Source: Leucoraja erinacea
Lineage: Eukaryota
Assembly (NCBI RefSeq): GCF_028641065.1
Contig: NC_073380.1
Location: 70,370,001 to 70,434,000 of the forward strand
Direction of reading: 5' to 3'
DNA length: 64,000 nt
Part shown: positions 62,170 to 64,000 of the stretch, piece by piece
Layout: every line of letters begins with the position of its first letter
Numbering within the stretch: position 1 is the first letter of the stretch
Made by a program: the position numbers and the translations under genes
Notes under the pieces: model-generated
Database searches by the model: none
The model's input: the letters and a program-made list of their open reading frames with translations, nothing else
Told to the model about the DNA's origin: nothing

Positions 62170-63175
62170 GCATAACAGGAGCAATAACAAGGCCGTTCAG
62201 TTCCCCAAGTCTGTCCTGCCATTCGGCAAAATCACGACTGATATTCTGTTTCCAAAGTATAACTTTCCTGCCCTGACCCCAATATCCCTCAATTCCAGTA
62301 AAACATTTATTAAGCCTCCACAGGACAATGAGATAGAGAATACCAAAATGTTATCACCCTCCAAGTGAAGAAATCTCTCATCTCAGTCGTAAACACCCTA
62401 TATCATTGAAACTGAATCTTGGTTCTAGGCTCATTGTCCAGAGGAAATATTCACCTCAGATCAAAAATGTTGATCCCTTTAATATGTCACCTTTCATTCT
62501 TCTAAGCTCCAAGTAATAGAGTCTATTCAATTGCCCCTCACAACTGATGTGCCATTCTGGGAATCTATCTGGTAAAGCCTTGTCGCACATGTTCTAAAGC
62601 AATCTGAAAGACCTGAACTGTGCAAAATACTCAAAATATGGTCCAACCAAGGGCCTGCATGCACATAGTAAGACATGTTTTCTCTTGAACTCTAATCCTT
62701 AAGCAATCACGGCCAACATACTTGTCCTTCAATTTGTCTGCTATGCCTACCCATTTTTCAGTGACTTCAGATAGAGTCTTGAACATCAGCATTCCCCATC
62801 ACCTCATTAAAAAAGAAAATGTGTTTTCTTTCTATGTTATGGTCCATATACCATGCCATTAATTAACTAACTTAAATTCCAATCAAGTCTCTTTTGAATC
62901 TCATTATTGATGCTCTTGCTTGATTTTATGAGACCAATAAGATGGAAATCTTGCATTTTGTGTCCAAATCCAAATCATTGTTACAGAATGTGAATGGAAA
63001 TCCCTGCACCATCTGCGAGCCTGAGAAGAACCCTTTGTTTTCTGTTAATCAATTCTTAATCCACACCTGGATATGTTATAATACACTGATCATTGTTCAT
63101 TAACCTCCTGTGTGCAACCACATCAAGTCTTCTGAAAATCCAAATGCACCACTTGAACTGGTTTCTCCCTAGATC
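62170..63175 (-). mobile_element. Old CR1 fragment
   Basis: Degenerate 3'UTR (ggccgttcag...ctgccattc) and VVHLDFQKT RT remnant. Confidence 0.7.
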
Positions 63176-63182
63176 CCTGGTC

Positions 63183-63555
63183 AGCACTGTGGCGCAGCGG
63201 TTGAGTTGCTGCCTGACAGCGATAGAGACCCGGGTTCGATCCTGACCTGATGGTGCTGTTTGTATGGAGTTTGTACCTTCCTTTGCATACCTTGGGTATG
63301 CAGGCAAAGAATTTCACTGTGCCTTGTCACATGTGACAATAAAGTATTCTATTCCATTCTCCCCGTGACCTGCGTGGGTTTTCTCCGAGAACTTCGGTTT
63401 CCCCCCACACTCCAAAGACGTACAGGTTTGCAGGTTAATTGGTTTGGTAAATTGTCCCTAATGAAGGATAGTGTTAATGTGCGGGGATCGCTGGTCGGCG
63501 CAGTTTCAGTAGGCCGAAGGGCCAGCATCCGTGCTGTATCTTTAAAACTAAAAAC
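63183..63555 (+). mobile_element. HE1-type SINE with a ~75-bp Rex1-type tail inserted at ~63285-63358
   Basis: The SINE head and core continue across an insert containing the hairpin tgcatacc-ttg-ggtatgca and gaatttcactgt...tgtgacaataaa. Confidence 0.82.
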
Positions 63556-63581
63556 ATCCTCAAATAACTCCAATAGAATAG

Positions 63582-64000
63582 CCTTCCGGTAGGCGGCGCG
63601 GCTCTGGCCAGCAGCGGCCTCTGCAGTCTGTCCGCGTTTTATTATTTTTTGTCTGTGTTTTAATGTAGTTTTTGTTATATTTTTGTTGGGGTGTGTGTGT
63701 GGGGGGGTGGGAGGGGGGGGGGGGAAACTTTTTAAATCTCTCCCTGCACTGGAGACCCGACCTTTTCTCGTCAGGTTTCCGTTGTCGTTGGGGCCGCAAC
63801 GAGGAGCGGCCTCCAACAGGAAGAAGCCGGGGACTCTGGTGCTACAACTCACCGTCGCCGTCGCGGGGCTGGCCGAGTCCGGAACGGTTGGAGCGGTGGA
63901 GGAGCGCTGCTGCTGCTGCTGCTGCGGCCCGACCGGAGAGTCGGAGGCCCCAACAACAGGTCTGTGGACGGCGGCACCGGGAGCCCGCGGCTCCCTGGAG
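63582..64000 (+). mobile_element. 5' part of a CpG-rich interspersed repeat (runs off the window)
   Basis: Starts cttccggtaggcggcgcgg; style and composition resemble the GC-rich pieces at 16140-16600, 18936-19185 and 32896-33192. Confidence 0.45.

Noticed and set aside
63582-64000. CpG island as the promoter of the PAG1-like gene
   Set aside because: Looks like an interspersed GC-rich repeat abutting a SINE. The exon at 62108 has a splice acceptor, so the true promoter probably lies outside the window.

Overview
Repeat-dense vertebrate genomic DNA. HE1-type SINEs, HER1/CR1 LINEs and Penelope ends point to a cartilaginous fish, probably a skate or ray (inference). There are two N gaps. One host gene is present: a six-coding-exon PAG1/Cbp-family transmembrane adaptor on the minus strand. 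Its CDS exons are 62050-61908, 55896-55863, 54181-54091, 53723-53221, 40893-40843 and 37284-36940 (1167 nt, 388 aa, all GT-AG and phase-consistent), followed by a probable ~3.6 kb repeat-free 3'UTR. The protein lacks the C-terminal TRL PDZ ligand and may be a PAG1 paralog. Its first coding exon opens with an AG|GTAAGA recursive-splice motif and carries a uORF whose stop overlaps the main ATG (TAATG). Most of the rest is layered mobile DNA: CR1, Rex1, L2, Tx1 and Penelope remnants with many minimal hammerhead ribozyme motifs, two non-autonomous Helitrons, a nested CR1>Tc1>(hAT, Harbinger) stack, several PIF/Harbinger MITE families (some carrying hammerhead units), a TAG...CTA element with a 7-bp TSD, and a truncated LTR retroelement with a tRNA-Ser PBS. 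Repeat boundaries are approximate unless TSD or TIR positions are stated.
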